64,000 bases of DNA from Candidatus Methanomethylicia archaeon (GTDB lineage Archaea; Thermoproteota; Methanomethylicia; Nezhaarchaeales; B40-G2). The position numbers and the translations under genes are program-made. The stretch is taken from NCBI GenBank assembly GCA_029259155.1, contig JAPDJI010000025.1, forward strand, positions 5,044-69,043. Reading direction: 5' to 3'. The first letter of the stretch is position 1; each line of letters begins with the position of its first letter. The notes beneath the pieces were generated by a model that saw nothing but the letters and a program-made list of their open reading frames with translations, did no database searches and was not told the origin of the DNA. This document shows, piece after piece, positions 25,914 to 34,853 of the stretch.

Positions 25914-27008
25914 TTATCTAGGCCTAGCACTTTCGCGATGTGCTTCTGAATATATGTTGATGATCTGGCTAGCTACGCTGTCCCATGCATACTCCTTTAA
26001 GGCCTTAAGCCTAGCATTGACCGAAAGCCTCTTACGGAGGACGGGGTCTTGGAGAAGGGCTATGACGGCCTCGGCCAGCTTTTTAGGTGAGTTAGGCTTG
26101 ACGAGCAGACCGCTTACTTCGTTGTCTACCACCTCCTTCAAGCCTCCGACCTCCGAAGCTACCACCGGTGTTCCAGAGGCCATGGATTCAATGGCTACTA
26201 TCCCGAACCCCTCACCGTAGAGAGTGGGTACCACGGTGAGCCATGCACGTCGATAGAACTCAGCTTTAACTTCATCGGACACGTTGCCTCTAAACTCTAC
26301 GTAGCCACGTAGCTTTAGACTGGAGGCGAGGGCTTTAAAGAAGGGCTCCATGTAACCACTGCCCGCGATTACCAGTTTTGCTTCACGCTCCTCCTTAATT
26401 ACCTTCTTAAAGGCATGCAGTAACACATGAATGCCTTTACGATATATGAGCCTACCGACGTAAAGAACAAGGGGATCAGAAGGCTCCCTGTGTGAGGGTC
26501 TATACTTATTGGTGTCGACGGCATTAGGTATAATCACTCTCCTAACCCTTTTATTGACAAGGGCGGCCATGAGATGGTCTACTGCCCTGCTTACCGAAAT
26601 CATAACTTGGGCCTTTGATAAAAGTAGTCGATGAGGCATCAATGCGTAGAGGTATCTGACAGGATCGTACTCATAGCCGGGCAATGCGCTGTGGCTGGTG
26701 ACAACGCCCGGTATGTTTAACTGACTTCCGATAGCGAGCAGCAACGGAGGTAACCAGTTGAAGGAGTAATGAGCATGAATTAAGTCAGGTGCCTCTTGCT
26801 TGATAAAGTCACGTAGCTTAAAGGTGTCGAGCGATACTTTCAAGCACTTTAGGCGTGGAGCATTGACAAGACTCTTCTCTTGCCTCCTCCTATAAGCCAC
26901 TGAGACCTCAAAGCCTTTCTCTTCAAGCCTCTCAGCTAATCCCCTTATGTGCTCCTCCACTCCCCCGATGATTAAAGGGTATCTCTCGCTCACAAGCAGT
27001 ATCTTCAT
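25914..27008 (-). CDS. GT4-family (GT-B fold) glycosyltransferase.
   Basis: The N-terminus is MKILLVSERYPLIIGGVEEH, and the C-terminal EGFGIVAIESMASGTPVVAS (E-x7-E region) is present. Confidence 0.85.
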   Translation of the reverse strand: MKILLVSERYPLIIGGVEEHIRGLAERLEEKGFEVSVAYRRRQEKSLVNAPRLKCLKVSLDTFKLRDFIKQEAPDLIHAHYSFNWLPPLLLAIGSQLNIPGVVTSHSALPGYEYDPVRYLYALMPHRLLLSKAQVMISVSRAVDHLMAALVNKRVRRVIIPNAVDTNKYRPSHREPSDPLVLYVGRLIYRKGIHVLLHAFKKVIKEEREAKLVIAGSGYMEPFFKALASSLKLRGYVEFRGNVSDEVKAEFYRRAWLTVVPTLYGEGFGIVAIESMASGTPVVASEVGGLKEVVDNEVSGLLVKPNSPKKLAEAVIALLQDPVLRKRLSVNARLKALKEYAWDSVASQIINIYSEAHRESARPR

Positions 27009-27124
27009 GTCATCTTAAGGAACTGAAGAACTCTCCTATAAGAGTCAATTAAGGAGTTTGTTGATAGTCTCTGAGGCTTAAAGCTGAAGTTCTTTTGGCA
27101 TTGTTTTGTTTCTTAAAAGAAAAG

Positions 27125-27134
27125 CTATATATTA
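27125..27134 (+). promoter_or_regulatory. Candidate BRE/TATA for the tandem radical-SAM genes.
   Basis: AAAAGCTATATATTA ends 24-30 nt before the GTG at 27158 and the ATG at 27164, which implies a leaderless transcript. Confidence 0.5.
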
Positions 27135-27157
27135 AGCCATATGGCTGCCTCTAGCCG

Positions 27158-28270
27158 GTGCTTATGGGCTGCCTCGAGGGACATCTGCCTATTATACTAG
27201 GCGGAGATGTAAAGGAATTTGCTTGGGAAGTGACCAACAAGTGTAACTTAAGGTGTAAGCATTGCTACCTTAACGATGTTGGATCTGAACCTGAGAATGC
27301 TCTCTCTAAAGAAGAAGGCTTAGCTTTGTTGGAAGAGATGGCTAAGCTAGGCCCTAAAGATGTAATGGTTGTGTTTGAAGGCGGAGAGCCCGTTCTATGT
27401 CCCTATATCTACGATTACATAGAATATGCCTCTAGACTTGGAATGAGGCCTGTCATGACCAGTAATGGTACGTTGATTGACTTGGAGGTTGCTAGGAAGC
27501 TTAAGCAAGCTGGCCTCGTAGGTATTTCTATTAGCATCGATGGAGCTACACAAGAAGTAAACGATGGTATTAGAGGAGTAGGATCCTACAAGAAGGCCTT
27601 AGAAGGGTTAAAGGCGTGTAAAGAAGTCGGCATACACTGGAACATAGCGTTCGTGGTTAACAAATATAACGTCGACCAAGTCCCAGCTATAATAGAGTTA
27701 GCCAAGAAACTTTCAAAGCGAAGCCCAAATGACCCCATAACGAGCCCTCCAGGCGTCTTCCTTTTCCATTATATCCCCTTGGGTAATGGCGCCAAAAATA
27801 TGCCCGATGCGGAGTTAAGTAAGGAAGAATACTTGGGTTTGCTGGACTATATTTTCAAGTATAAGGTGCAACATGAAGGTAGGCTTTGGATAAGACCTGA
27901 ATGCATGCCTCAGTACTGGCCTTTCATAATAGAGGAGTATGAAGTAGAATTCGAACAGGACTTCACAGCAGATATGATAAGAATGTGTCAAGCCGGTATA
28001 AGGCATTGCTGCGTAACAGTGACCGGAGAAGTAACACCATGCCCCTACGTGAGGACCAGTGCAGGTAACGTGAGGGATGGAGGCTTCCTTAAGATTTGGA
28101 GGGACGCGGAGCTCTTTAAGAAGCTTAGAAACCCTCGCAGCTTTCTAAGGGAGCCTTGTAGGTCTTGCAAATATCTAGAAGTATGTGGTGGATGTAGAGG
28201 TAGGGCAGAAGCGCACTTTGGAGACTGCTTTGAAAAAGATCCTTCATGTCCTATTACCCCTAAACCATAG
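27158..28270 (+). CDS. Radical SAM enzyme with a C-terminal SPASM/twitch-type Cys-rich domain (NirJ/AhbC/AhbD-like architecture).
   Basis: The CX3CX2C motif is CNLRCKHC, the GGEP motif is FEGGEPVL, and the C-terminal cysteines are CQAG...C...CP...C..C....CGGCRG. The protein is 370 aa. Confidence 0.85.
   Translation: MLMGCLEGHLPIILGGDVKEFAWEVTNKCNLRCKHCYLNDVGSEPENALSKEEGLALLEEMAKLGPKDVMVVFEGGEPVLCPYIYDYIEYASRLGMRPVMTSNGTLIDLEVARKLKQAGLVGISISIDGATQEVNDGIRGVGSYKKALEGLKACKEVGIHWNIAFVVNKYNVDQVPAIIELAKKLSKRSPNDPITSPPGVFLFHYIPLGNGAKNMPDAELSKEEYLGLLDYIFKYKVQHEGRLWIRPECMPQYWPFIIEEYEVEFEQDFTADMIRMCQAGIRHCCVTVTGEVTPCPYVRTSAGNVRDGGFLKIWRDAELFKKLRNPRSFLREPCRSCKYLEVCGGCRGRAEAHFGDCFEKDPSCPITPKP
27464..27518. 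repeat. 55-nt tract identical to 28592..28646 (tandem radical-SAM paralogs).
   Basis: aatggtacgttgattgacttggaggttgctaggaagcttaagcaagctggcctcg. Further identical tracts are 27528..27549 = 28656..28677 (22 nt) and 28177..28197 = 29260..29280 (21 nt). Confidence 0.9.
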
Positions 28271-28276
28271 ATCTGA

Positions 28277-29371
28277 ATGACCATGAACTTACCTGAGTTA
28301 CTACACCCTGACAACGTGGAAGATGGCTGTCTAGGGCATTCAGCAGGCGAGCTCGTATGGAACGTCACGTACTCTTGTAACCTTCGTTGCATGCATTGTT
28401 ATTTACCATCATCTTCTAAACGATCTGAATTGAGCCTCGAAGAGGGCCTAAAACTCATAGATGAGGTAAGAGCGATCTTTGGGGCAGGCTCTCAACTAGT
28501 CTTAAGCGGAGGAGAACCTCTCCTTAGACCTGACGTTTATGAATTGGTGGAGTATGCCTCTAGCTTGGGTCTTCGTGTAGCCTTAGCGAGCAATGGTACG
28601 TTGATTGACTTGGAGGTTGCTAGGAAGCTTAAGCAAGCTGGCCTCGACGAGCTCGCTATTAGCATCGATGGAGCTACTAAGACAAGCCATGATCATATTA
28701 GGGGCGTACAAGGAGCCTTCGATGCAGCTATACAAGGAGCTCTCAACGCTAAGAAGACTGGATTAAGCCTACAGCTCCACTTTACGTTGATGGAAAGTAA
28801 CGTTAATGAGCTTCCTTCATTAATAGAATTGGCTGAACACCTTCAAGCTAGAAGGCTTTTCATCTTCGACCTTATACCGACTGGTAGAGGTGCTTTTCTT
28901 AAACCTCATGGTTTAGATCCTTTAGCTCTCTTTGACTACCTTTTCAAAGAACAGCGTAGGTTTAAGGTATGGCTTAAACCGCAGTGCTACCCATACTTCT
29001 GGGTCTATTTACTGAGCAAAGCTGGTGACCTAGGAGTTGATGAAGAAGTTCTTAAAGGATACTTTAAGGGATGTTTAGCGGGCAGGTCCATGGTAAGGGT
29101 TTCCCCTGATGGAGAAGTTACTCCATGCCCCTTCCTTCCTGTATCGGTTGGAAACGTTAAGAAAGATAGGCTTAGCTATCTATGGAGATCTTCAAAAGTC
29201 TTTGAAGAATTGAGGAGTAGGGATAAGTTTAGAGATGCATGTGGTGGATGCGTGCTTAAAGAAGTATGTGGTGGATGTAGGGCTAAAGCCTACGCCCTGC
29301 TCAATGATTATTTAGCTGAAGATCCTTCATGCCCTTATGCCCATGCGCCGTCATCCATGTCCAGGGCCTAG
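28277..29371 (+). CDS. Radical SAM/SPASM-type enzyme, a tandem paralog of 27158..28270.
   Basis: The CX3CX2C motif is CNLRCMHC, the GGEP motif is LSGGEPLL, and the C-terminus carries CGGC...CGGCRA. The protein is 364 aa. Confidence 0.85.
   Translation: MTMNLPELLHPDNVEDGCLGHSAGELVWNVTYSCNLRCMHCYLPSSSKRSELSLEEGLKLIDEVRAIFGAGSQLVLSGGEPLLRPDVYELVEYASSLGLRVALASNGTLIDLEVARKLKQAGLDELAISIDGATKTSHDHIRGVQGAFDAAIQGALNAKKTGLSLQLHFTLMESNVNELPSLIELAEHLQARRLFIFDLIPTGRGAFLKPHGLDPLALFDYLFKEQRRFKVWLKPQCYPYFWVYLLSKAGDLGVDEEVLKGYFKGCLAGRSMVRVSPDGEVTPCPFLPVSVGNVKKDRLSYLWRSSKVFEELRSRDKFRDACGGCVLKEVCGGCRAKAYALLNDYLAEDPSCPYAHAPSSMSRA
28592..28646. repeat. 55-nt tract identical to 27464..27518.
   Basis: The same 55-mer encodes NGTLIDLEVARKLKQAGL in both genes. 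Confidence 0.9.
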
Positions 29372-29800
29372 TTTGCTGTCTAAGCCCTTAACTGTGACTA
29401 TTCTTCTATCAAACGGTTTAGCTGGCTCTGCCATCTTTAATGGACTATAGATTAACTCTTCTTTGGTATAGGCTGCTATCTCGTATTCTTGGGTGTGTTC
29501 AAGTGCAGCTCGAGGACAGTATTCGACGCAGAAGCCACAGAAGCAGCATCTACCATAGTCTAGCTGGGGGTACTTCCTTCCTTCATGTTCAACTAACGTA
29601 ATCGCCCTATTAGGACATATATAGCTGCATACGCCACAACCTATGCATTTATCCATGTTAAGCTTAATCCTACCTCTATAGCGCTCAGCGGGTTGAAGTA
29701 TTTCGAAAGGATACTTGACGGTGAAGGTTCTCTTAAATGCGTGGACCAAGGCCATGTATAGGGGTCTTAGATACGAAGACATACCTCTCACCTCAGACAA
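29351..29800 (-). CDS. nuoI: NADH:quinone oxidoreductase-like complex subunit I (2x[4Fe-4S]).
   Basis: CIGCGVCSYICP and CCFCGFCVEYCP are present in a 149-aa protein. The gene lies downstream of nuoH with overlapping ends. Confidence 0.9.
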   Translation of the reverse strand: MSEVRGMSSYLRPLYMALVHAFKRTFTVKYPFEILQPAERYRGRIKLNMDKCIGCGVCSYICPNRAITLVEHEGRKYPQLDYGRCCFCGFCVEYCPRAALEHTQEYEIAAYTKEELIYSPLKMAEPAKPFDRRIVTVKGLDSKLGPGHG

Positions 29801-30902
29801 CTATCACCTTCAATACATAGACGAGGACTATAGCTATGAACACTTGGACCAGCGCTAAGGGGATCAGTTTCCTCCAACCTGCATCGAGTAGTTGATCTAT
29901 TCTCAACCTAGGCCAAGTCGACCTCCCTATCATAAAGAACATCGACAGTATGCCCATCTTTATCAGGAGCCAAACCAACGGATGTAGGCCTGGTCCATGC
30001 CATCCGCCTAGGAATAAGATGCTAGTTAAGAAGGAGGCGATAGCAACATCTACGTACTCCGACATCATTATTAACCCATACTCCATCCCCGTATACTCGG
30101 TCCATGGCCCAAACACTATTTCCTGTTCAGCAACTATTATGTCAAGGGGCCTACGGCAAATCTCAGCCATCGTGGAGATGAAGAAGACTATGAAGCCTAG
30201 GAAGCAAGGAACTATAAACCACATGTTAGCTTGGCTTTCTACTATCTTGGCCAGGTCGAAGGAGCCCGCTAAGATCACCACGCTAGCCATGGATAGCATG
30301 AGAGGCACTTCGTAGGCCAAGAGTTGGAAGGCTGCTCTCATGGCCCCCATCATGGTGTACTTGTTATTGGAAGCCCAACCAGCCATTATCATGATGAAAG
30401 GCCTAAGCGAGAAGAGCGCTAAGATGATGAGCAGGCTGTACTCTGAGTAATAGATTGTCCAGTATTCTCCTGGGCCGACGGGGAAGAATGGTATGAAGGC
30501 TAGGGTGATCATGGATAGTGACATTATCAGTACTGGGGCTAGATGGTAGAAGAATTTGTGCGACCTTTCAGGGGTGACTATCTCCTTGCCTAGAAGCTTT
30601 ATACCGTCAGCCACTAGCTGAAAGAGACCGAAGATAGGTCCCACATGGTAAGGCCCTATCCTTAAATGTATCCTAGCATGTAGCTTACGTTCTCCCCACA
30701 CAGCTAGCATGGCGTAGAGCATGATGAAAGCTAGACCAGGGAAGACGAGGAGCTTGAGAGAGAGTTCAACGGCAAACTCCATGAACTCTGAGGTTTGCAT
30801 GAACTCGATTAATACATCAAAAGGAGGAGGTAGTACCGGTAGAGGTATCGGGGGTAGGCCTGGGATGTTTGGTAAGGTTGGTAGAGATATGGGGAGGTTC
30901 AC
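29793..30902 (-). CDS. nuoH: Complex I-like subunit H (membrane, quinone-channel subunit).
   Basis: RIGPYHVGPIFGLFQLVADGIKLLGKE matches the NuoH signature. The protein is polytopic. Confidence 0.9.
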   Translation of the reverse strand: MNLPISLPTLPNIPGLPPIPLPVLPPPFDVLIEFMQTSEFMEFAVELSLKLLVFPGLAFIMLYAMLAVWGERKLHARIHLRIGPYHVGPIFGLFQLVADGIKLLGKEIVTPERSHKFFYHLAPVLIMSLSMITLAFIPFFPVGPGEYWTIYYSEYSLLIILALFSLRPFIMIMAGWASNNKYTMMGAMRAAFQLLAYEVPLMLSMASVVILAGSFDLAKIVESQANMWFIVPCFLGFIVFFISTMAEICRRPLDIIVAEQEIVFGPWTEYTGMEYGLIMMSEYVDVAIASFLTSILFLGGWHGPGLHPLVWLLIKMGILSMFFMIGRSTWPRLRIDQLLDAGWRKLIPLALVQVFIAIVLVYVLKVIVV

Positions 30903-30916
30903 GTCACATACACCTC

Positions 30917-31993
30917 CTACCTATCTACGTCTAAGAGAAGGATGTCGAGGCTATAGTAAATTACAGGTATGTCACCCATAGGTATGTCTCTACAAAGGTA
31001 TACCAACCCAGCCAAGTTCCTGAAGGAAGGTGCGCTTATCTTTAGCCTGTAGGGCTTATTGGTACCTGAGCCCACGATATATACTCCCAGCTCTCCTCTA
31101 CCGCTTTCAATTCTGGTATAGGTTTCTCCTCGAGGTAGCATGGGCGGTGTCTTGCATCGAATAGGGCCTTCAGGCAAATCTTTGAGGGCCTGCTTGATTA
31201 TCTTTATGCTCTGGGCGATCTCATAGAACCTCACTAAGGCCCTAGCATACGAATCTCCTTCTTTTTCCACTACCACTTCGAAGTCAAGTTTATCGTAAGC
31301 CTCATAAGGGTCATCTCTCCTCACATCGAAGTCTACGCCTGAGGCTCTAAGGTTTGGCCCTGTAATCCCTAGCTCTATGGCATCTTGCTTGCTCAATACG
31401 CCTACTCCCATTGTCCTATCTTGAAAAGTCTTATTCTGGAATAACATCTTGTAGTAGTCCCATATACGTCTCTCCAAGTAGTTCAATACATCATAGGCCT
31501 TTTCCTTAAATCCTTTGGGTATGTCTGCCCTCACTCCTCCAGGAATTATGTAGGTGTGAGTCACTCTAGCTCCTGACAGCCTCTCTAAGAGATCTAAGAT
31601 GAGTTCACGGTCGTTTGCGGACCACACGGTCATGGTTTCAAAGCCGCCGGTCATCGACAGCAAGGCCTGAGCGTAAAGGTGGCTCATGATTCTACTCAGT
31701 TCAGCTGCTATTACCCTGAGGTATTTCGCCCTCTCAGGAACTTCTATCCCCATTAAGGCTTCTACAGCTCTCACGTAACCTAACGCAAAATTGGAGGCAT
31801 CAAAGTCGCAAGCCCTCTCTATTACTGGGACGTACTGAATGAAGTTCCTGTACTCTGCTATCTTTTCAAGCCCTCTATGAGTATATCCCACGTCGGCTTC
31901 AGTGTTAAGTACTATATCACCATCCACGTCTAGGTAAAGTGTGAGGTGACCGCTCATTGGGTGCTGTATTCCCCAAGCTACCCTAATCGGCAA
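30917..31993 (-). CDS. nuoD: Complex I-like subunit D (49-kDa / NiFe-large-subunit-like).
   Basis: WGIQHPMSGHLTL matches the GPQHP..HG block. RASGVDFDVRR, ESGRGELGVYIV, ISAPSFRNL and the C-terminal SLDILLLDVDR are also present. It is compact at 358 aa. Confidence 0.9.
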   Translation of the reverse strand: MPIRVAWGIQHPMSGHLTLYLDVDGDIVLNTEADVGYTHRGLEKIAEYRNFIQYVPVIERACDFDASNFALGYVRAVEALMGIEVPERAKYLRVIAAELSRIMSHLYAQALLSMTGGFETMTVWSANDRELILDLLERLSGARVTHTYIIPGGVRADIPKGFKEKAYDVLNYLERRIWDYYKMLFQNKTFQDRTMGVGVLSKQDAIELGITGPNLRASGVDFDVRRDDPYEAYDKLDFEVVVEKEGDSYARALVRFYEIAQSIKIIKQALKDLPEGPIRCKTPPMLPRGETYTRIESGRGELGVYIVGSGTNKPYRLKISAPSFRNLAGLVYLCRDIPMGDIPVIYYSLDILLLDVDR

Positions 31994-32005
31994 CTTTGAC
32001 TCCTC

Positions 32006-32464
32006 CTAGGACTCAGGTTTAAGCTTGAATTCTTTCCTTAGAGGATAAACTCCCTCCTCCCAGTCCTCTTGGAGGAGGAAGCGTTTGAGTTCAGGATGTC
32101 CTTCAAACTTTACCCCTAGCATCTCCCACGTCTCACGTTCATGGAAGTGGACGCCTCTCCAGATTTCTCTAAGCGAAGGCATGGAGGGCTGGCCTCTAGG
32201 TAGAGCAGTCTTCAAAGCAACAAGGCTTTTTGAATCGAGGCAACTAACATGATATACTACTTCTACTTCTCCTCGATCTGGATAATCTACTCCACTTACA
32301 GAAAGTGGATGATTAAAGCCGTTTTCTTTTAGAAGGGTGGCAGCCTTAACCATGCCCTCAGGCTTAACTTTTATTGAAGCATATCGAGGTCGATCTATTT
32401 TTGACTCTACTAATACGTCAGATAGTTTAGTCTTGATTTCTTCGAGTAACCGCTCTACATCCAC
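32006..32464 (-). CDS. nuoC: Complex I-like subunit C (30-kDa).
   Basis: The block HFHERETWEMLGVKFEGHPELKRFLL is present. Confidence 0.9.
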   Translation of the reverse strand: MDVERLLEEIKTKLSDVLVESKIDRPRYASIKVKPEGMVKAATLLKENGFNHPLSVSGVDYPDRGEVEVVYHVSCLDSKSLVALKTALPRGQPSMPSLREIWRGVHFHERETWEMLGVKFEGHPELKRFLLQEDWEEGVYPLRKEFKLKPES

Positions 32465-32465
32465 T

Positions 32466-32945
32466 TTACTTTCCCTCCATGATCTTCTTCTGGAGCAACC
32501 TGAACCCCTGTAGTATCTGTTCAGGTCTAGGTGGACAGCCTGGAACGTATACGTCTACTGGAACTACCTTGTCGACACCTTGAACTACACTGTAGCTATC
32601 CCACCAGAACCCTCCTGTGATGGCACAGTCGCCTAGAGCTATGACGTACTTAGGATCAGGCATCTGGTCATATATCATTCTTAGCCTCTTGGCCATTTTC
32701 TTGGTCACGACTCCCTCTATGATTATTAAGTCGCACTCCCTCAATGTAGGGAAGGGGATAGCCCCTAGTCTTTCATGGTCAAACCTCGCTGCTACGAGCG
32801 ACATTATCTCAGGGCAGCAACAGCCTGTCTCATAGTGGACCCACCATAAGCTCCAAGCTCTCCCCCAATTAAGCATGTCCTTGATGGGCTTCCAACAGCT
32901 AATCTTGGTTCTAATCCGTTCTATGGGTTTGAGAGACAACGCCAC
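32466..32945 (-). CDS. nuoB: Complex I-like subunit B (N2 cluster, PSST).
   Basis: The motifs GCCCPEIM, GDCAITGG and VPGCPPRPE are present. Confidence 0.9.
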   Translation of the reverse strand: MALSLKPIERIRTKISCWKPIKDMLNWGRAWSLWWVHYETGCCCPEIMSLVAARFDHERLGAIPFPTLRECDLIIIEGVVTKKMAKRLRMIYDQMPDPKYVIALGDCAITGGFWWDSYSVVQGVDKVVPVDVYVPGCPPRPEQILQGFRLLQKKIMEGK

Positions 32946-33321
32946 CCCTCCTACGCTTAACTACAGGTTGAAGGGTCATGATCGCCCCCATCAAAGCGAA
33001 GGCGAATGCTCCCAATATGAGTATTACTATCCATAGTTGATCAACAGGCATTGCGCTAATAGAGGGGGCAGCTAATAGGAGGATTATGGCTAAGGCCCCA
33101 TATATGGCATAGATCACAGCATAAGGGTAGTACTGTATGGTGAACCGTGCCTTCGTAGGCTCGGTTGGTATCTGACCACATTCATAAGTCATGGTCTTAC
33201 GAGGGTTAGGTCTTGAAGGAGAGACTATCTTAGCCAGGAGGAGGGAGGACAGGCAGAATACGAATGCAATGATGACGTATATAGCGAGGCCTACTCCTTC
33301 TAGCACCGCCTCGCTAACCAT
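32911..33321 (-). CDS. nuoA: Complex I-like subunit A.
   Basis: The protein has three TM helices and a YECGQIP block. ATG 33321 is preferred because the TATA at 33351-33360 is only 15 nt from the track's GTG at 33336. Confidence 0.75.
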   Translation of the reverse strand: MVSEAVLEGVGLAIYVIIAFVFCLSSLLLAKIVSPSRPNPRKTMTYECGQIPTEPTKARFTIQYYPYAVIYAIYGALAIILLLAAPSISAMPVDQLWIVILILGAFAFALMGAIMTLQPVVKRRRGGVVSQTHRTD

Positions 33322-33350
33322 TTCAGGCCCCTCCACCGTTAAGGCCTACT

Positions 33351-33360
33351 CTTTATAAAG
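33351..33360 (-). promoter_or_regulatory. Candidate TATA (palindromic CTTTATAAAG) for the nuoABCDHI operon.
   Basis: On the minus strand GAAAAAGCTTTATAAAG ends 30 nt upstream of the ATG at 33321. Confidence 0.5.
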
Positions 33361-33496
33361 CTTTTTCTAACTGATGTGCTTTTTTCATCGTCAAACCATC
33401 GAGTTGGCCCATGCCCGATCAAGGACTTCCATGGATATTAGCTAACCGCAAAATATCTAAGCCCCTACCGCTTCACGTCATAGCCGGGGGTAAACC

Positions 33497-33802
33497 ATGC
33501 GACCAAGCTTGGTTAACCGCGCACTCGTACTTTTTAGCTTAATGGTTTTAGTAGGTGTCTTTAGGACCTACCTGCCGGCCTTCGCCACTCCTTTGCTGGG
33601 GTTAGCTGGTGCACTGGGTCTTTTCGGGGCTATACTTATGTGGCTGGGTTTAACCCTAAGAACTAAGGAAGAGCTGGAGCGCCTCCCTGAGGAAGCTCAA
33701 CAGATGGAAACATCAACCGGCCTCTTCGAGATACTGCTGATAATTGTAATCATCGCGGCGGCCTTAGCTATCGGCGGCGTCCTCTTACTAGCTCTGCTTT
33801 AA
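33497..33802 (+). CDS. Hypothetical small membrane protein (3 predicted TM helices) between the two nuo operons.
   Basis: Hydrophobic segments flank a charged loop (TKEELERLPEEAQQME). I recognise no homolog. Confidence 0.4.
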   Translation: MRPSLVNRALVLFSLMVLVGVFRTYLPAFATPLLGLAGALGLFGAILMWLGLTLRTKEELERLPEEAQQMETSTGLFEILLIIVIIAAALAIGGVLLLALL

Positions 33803-33904
33803 TCTCCATGCCCTGAAGCTAACCGCGTGAATCATGTCGACTTTCATGTTTTCTTCTTCACGATTGCTTTACGGAACGTAGCCTCAGACTTGCAGAGGCG
33901 AAGG

Positions 33905-33914
33905 CTTTATATTA
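33905..33914 (+). promoter_or_regulatory. Candidate BRE/TATA for the nuoJ-K-N-L-M operon.
   Basis: GAAGGCTTTATATTA is present. The predicted leader is about 45 nt and contains the hairpin CCCGC-gcct-GCGGG (33964-33977), flanked by two GGAGG motifs before the ATG at 33988. Confidence 0.5.
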
Positions 33915-33987
33915 GGGTTAAAAACGGTAGGGGGGCTGGGACGTAGAGCATCACTCATGGAGGCCCGCGCCTGCGGGAGGTTCCGGG

Positions 33988-34224
33988 ATGATCGAATACC
34001 TCGAAATTGCGTTGCTGGCACTCACAATAGTGTCCGCTATAGTCGCTGTGGAACATCCCAAACTCATCAGAGCTGTTGCCTCCTTTCTTATCATGAGCAT
34101 ACTCCTCGCTGTTATATTCCTCGTCCTTAACGCGTACTTGGCTGCTTTCTTCCAACTCCTCATCTACGCGGGGGCTGTTGTGGTGATATTCCTAGTAGCT
34201 CTACACACGGTTAAGAGGTGGTAG
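33988..34224 (+). CDS. nuoJ: Complex I-like subunit J, N-terminal part (split nuoJ).
   Basis: AAFFQLLIYAGAVVVIFLVAL matches the NuoJ (F/L)xxIQxLVYxGAxxVLFLF block. At 78 aa it covers only the first three helices. Confidence 0.7.
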   Translation: MIEYLEIALLALTIVSAIVAVEHPKLIRAVASFLIMSILLAVIFLVLNAYLAAFFQLLIYAGAVVVIFLVALHTVKRW

Positions 34225-34532
34225 TTGTGGGAGCTTGGGGGAAGGCTGTAGGGATCATAGTTTCCATAGTTTTCGCTCTTATTGCTCTTTATCTTGGCTC
34301 CCTCCTAGCTTTTGGATTTACTCCATATTTACCGTCAACACCTTCGCAAGCTCCTCCTCAACAATGGTTTGCAACCTTTAGAGCTTTAGACGTGGCTTTC
34401 CTCTCCTTGGCTGTATTTGCGGCTACTGTTGGGGTTGCTGCGCTTTTCAGGTACGAAGGAGAGAGGCCTGGACCTGAAGAAGAGACCTTAGTGGAAAAGG
34501 AGGTCGAAGAGGAAGCGGAGGAGGAGGTGTAA
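34218..34532 (+). CDS. Complex I-like subunit J, C-terminal part (split nuoJ), with an acidic tail.
   Basis: FRALDVAFLSLAVFAATVGVAALFR resembles the NuoJ C-terminal FE..S.LLL.A.IGA helix. The start overlaps the preceding stop. The tail is EEETLVEKEVEEEAEEEV. Confidence 0.5.
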   Translation: MVVVGAWGKAVGIIVSIVFALIALYLGSLLAFGFTPYLPSTPSQAPPQQWFATFRALDVAFLSLAVFAATVGVAALFRYEGERPGPEEETLVEKEVEEEAEEEV

Positions 34533-34535
34533 GGC

Positions 34536-34853
34536 TTGGCACTACACCCTGGATGGTACATAACCACGAGCATCATACTCTTCGCTATAGGCGTCTATTG
34601 CCTTGCTGTTAAGAGGAACATGATAAAGATAGTGATAGGACTTGAGATCATCACCTCAGCAATGCACCTTAACTTCATAGCCATGGGCTACGCGTTATCC
34701 CTGGTAGCCTTCAATCCCCTTACACAGGTCATAGTAGTGATATCTACGGGCCTAGGAGCGTGTGTGGCCACGGTCGCGCTCATGTATGTGATTAATGCTT
34801 ATCGACATTATGGGAGCTTAGACGCTAGGAGGTTGAGGAGGTTAAGGTGGTAG
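34536..34853 (+). CDS. nuoK: Complex I-like subunit K.
   Basis: The protein is 105 aa with 3 TM helices, has a conserved Glu in GLEIITSA, and sits between the J and antiporter-like subunits. Confidence 0.8.
   Translation: MALHPGWYITTSIILFAIGVYCLAVKRNMIKIVIGLEIITSAMHLNFIAMGYALSLVAFNPLTQVIVVISTGLGACVATVALMYVINAYRHYGSLDARRLRRLRW

Noticed and set aside
33957-34130. A 57-codon ATG ORF (MEARACGRFRDD...) starting in the nuoJ leader and overlapping nuoJ out of frame. The minus-strand ORFs 33951..34163 and 33955..34155 overlap the same region.
   Set aside because: The translations are Arg/Cys/His-rich nonsense. They overlap a motif-bearing NuoJ frame, and the ATG lies inside the predicted leader hairpin region.
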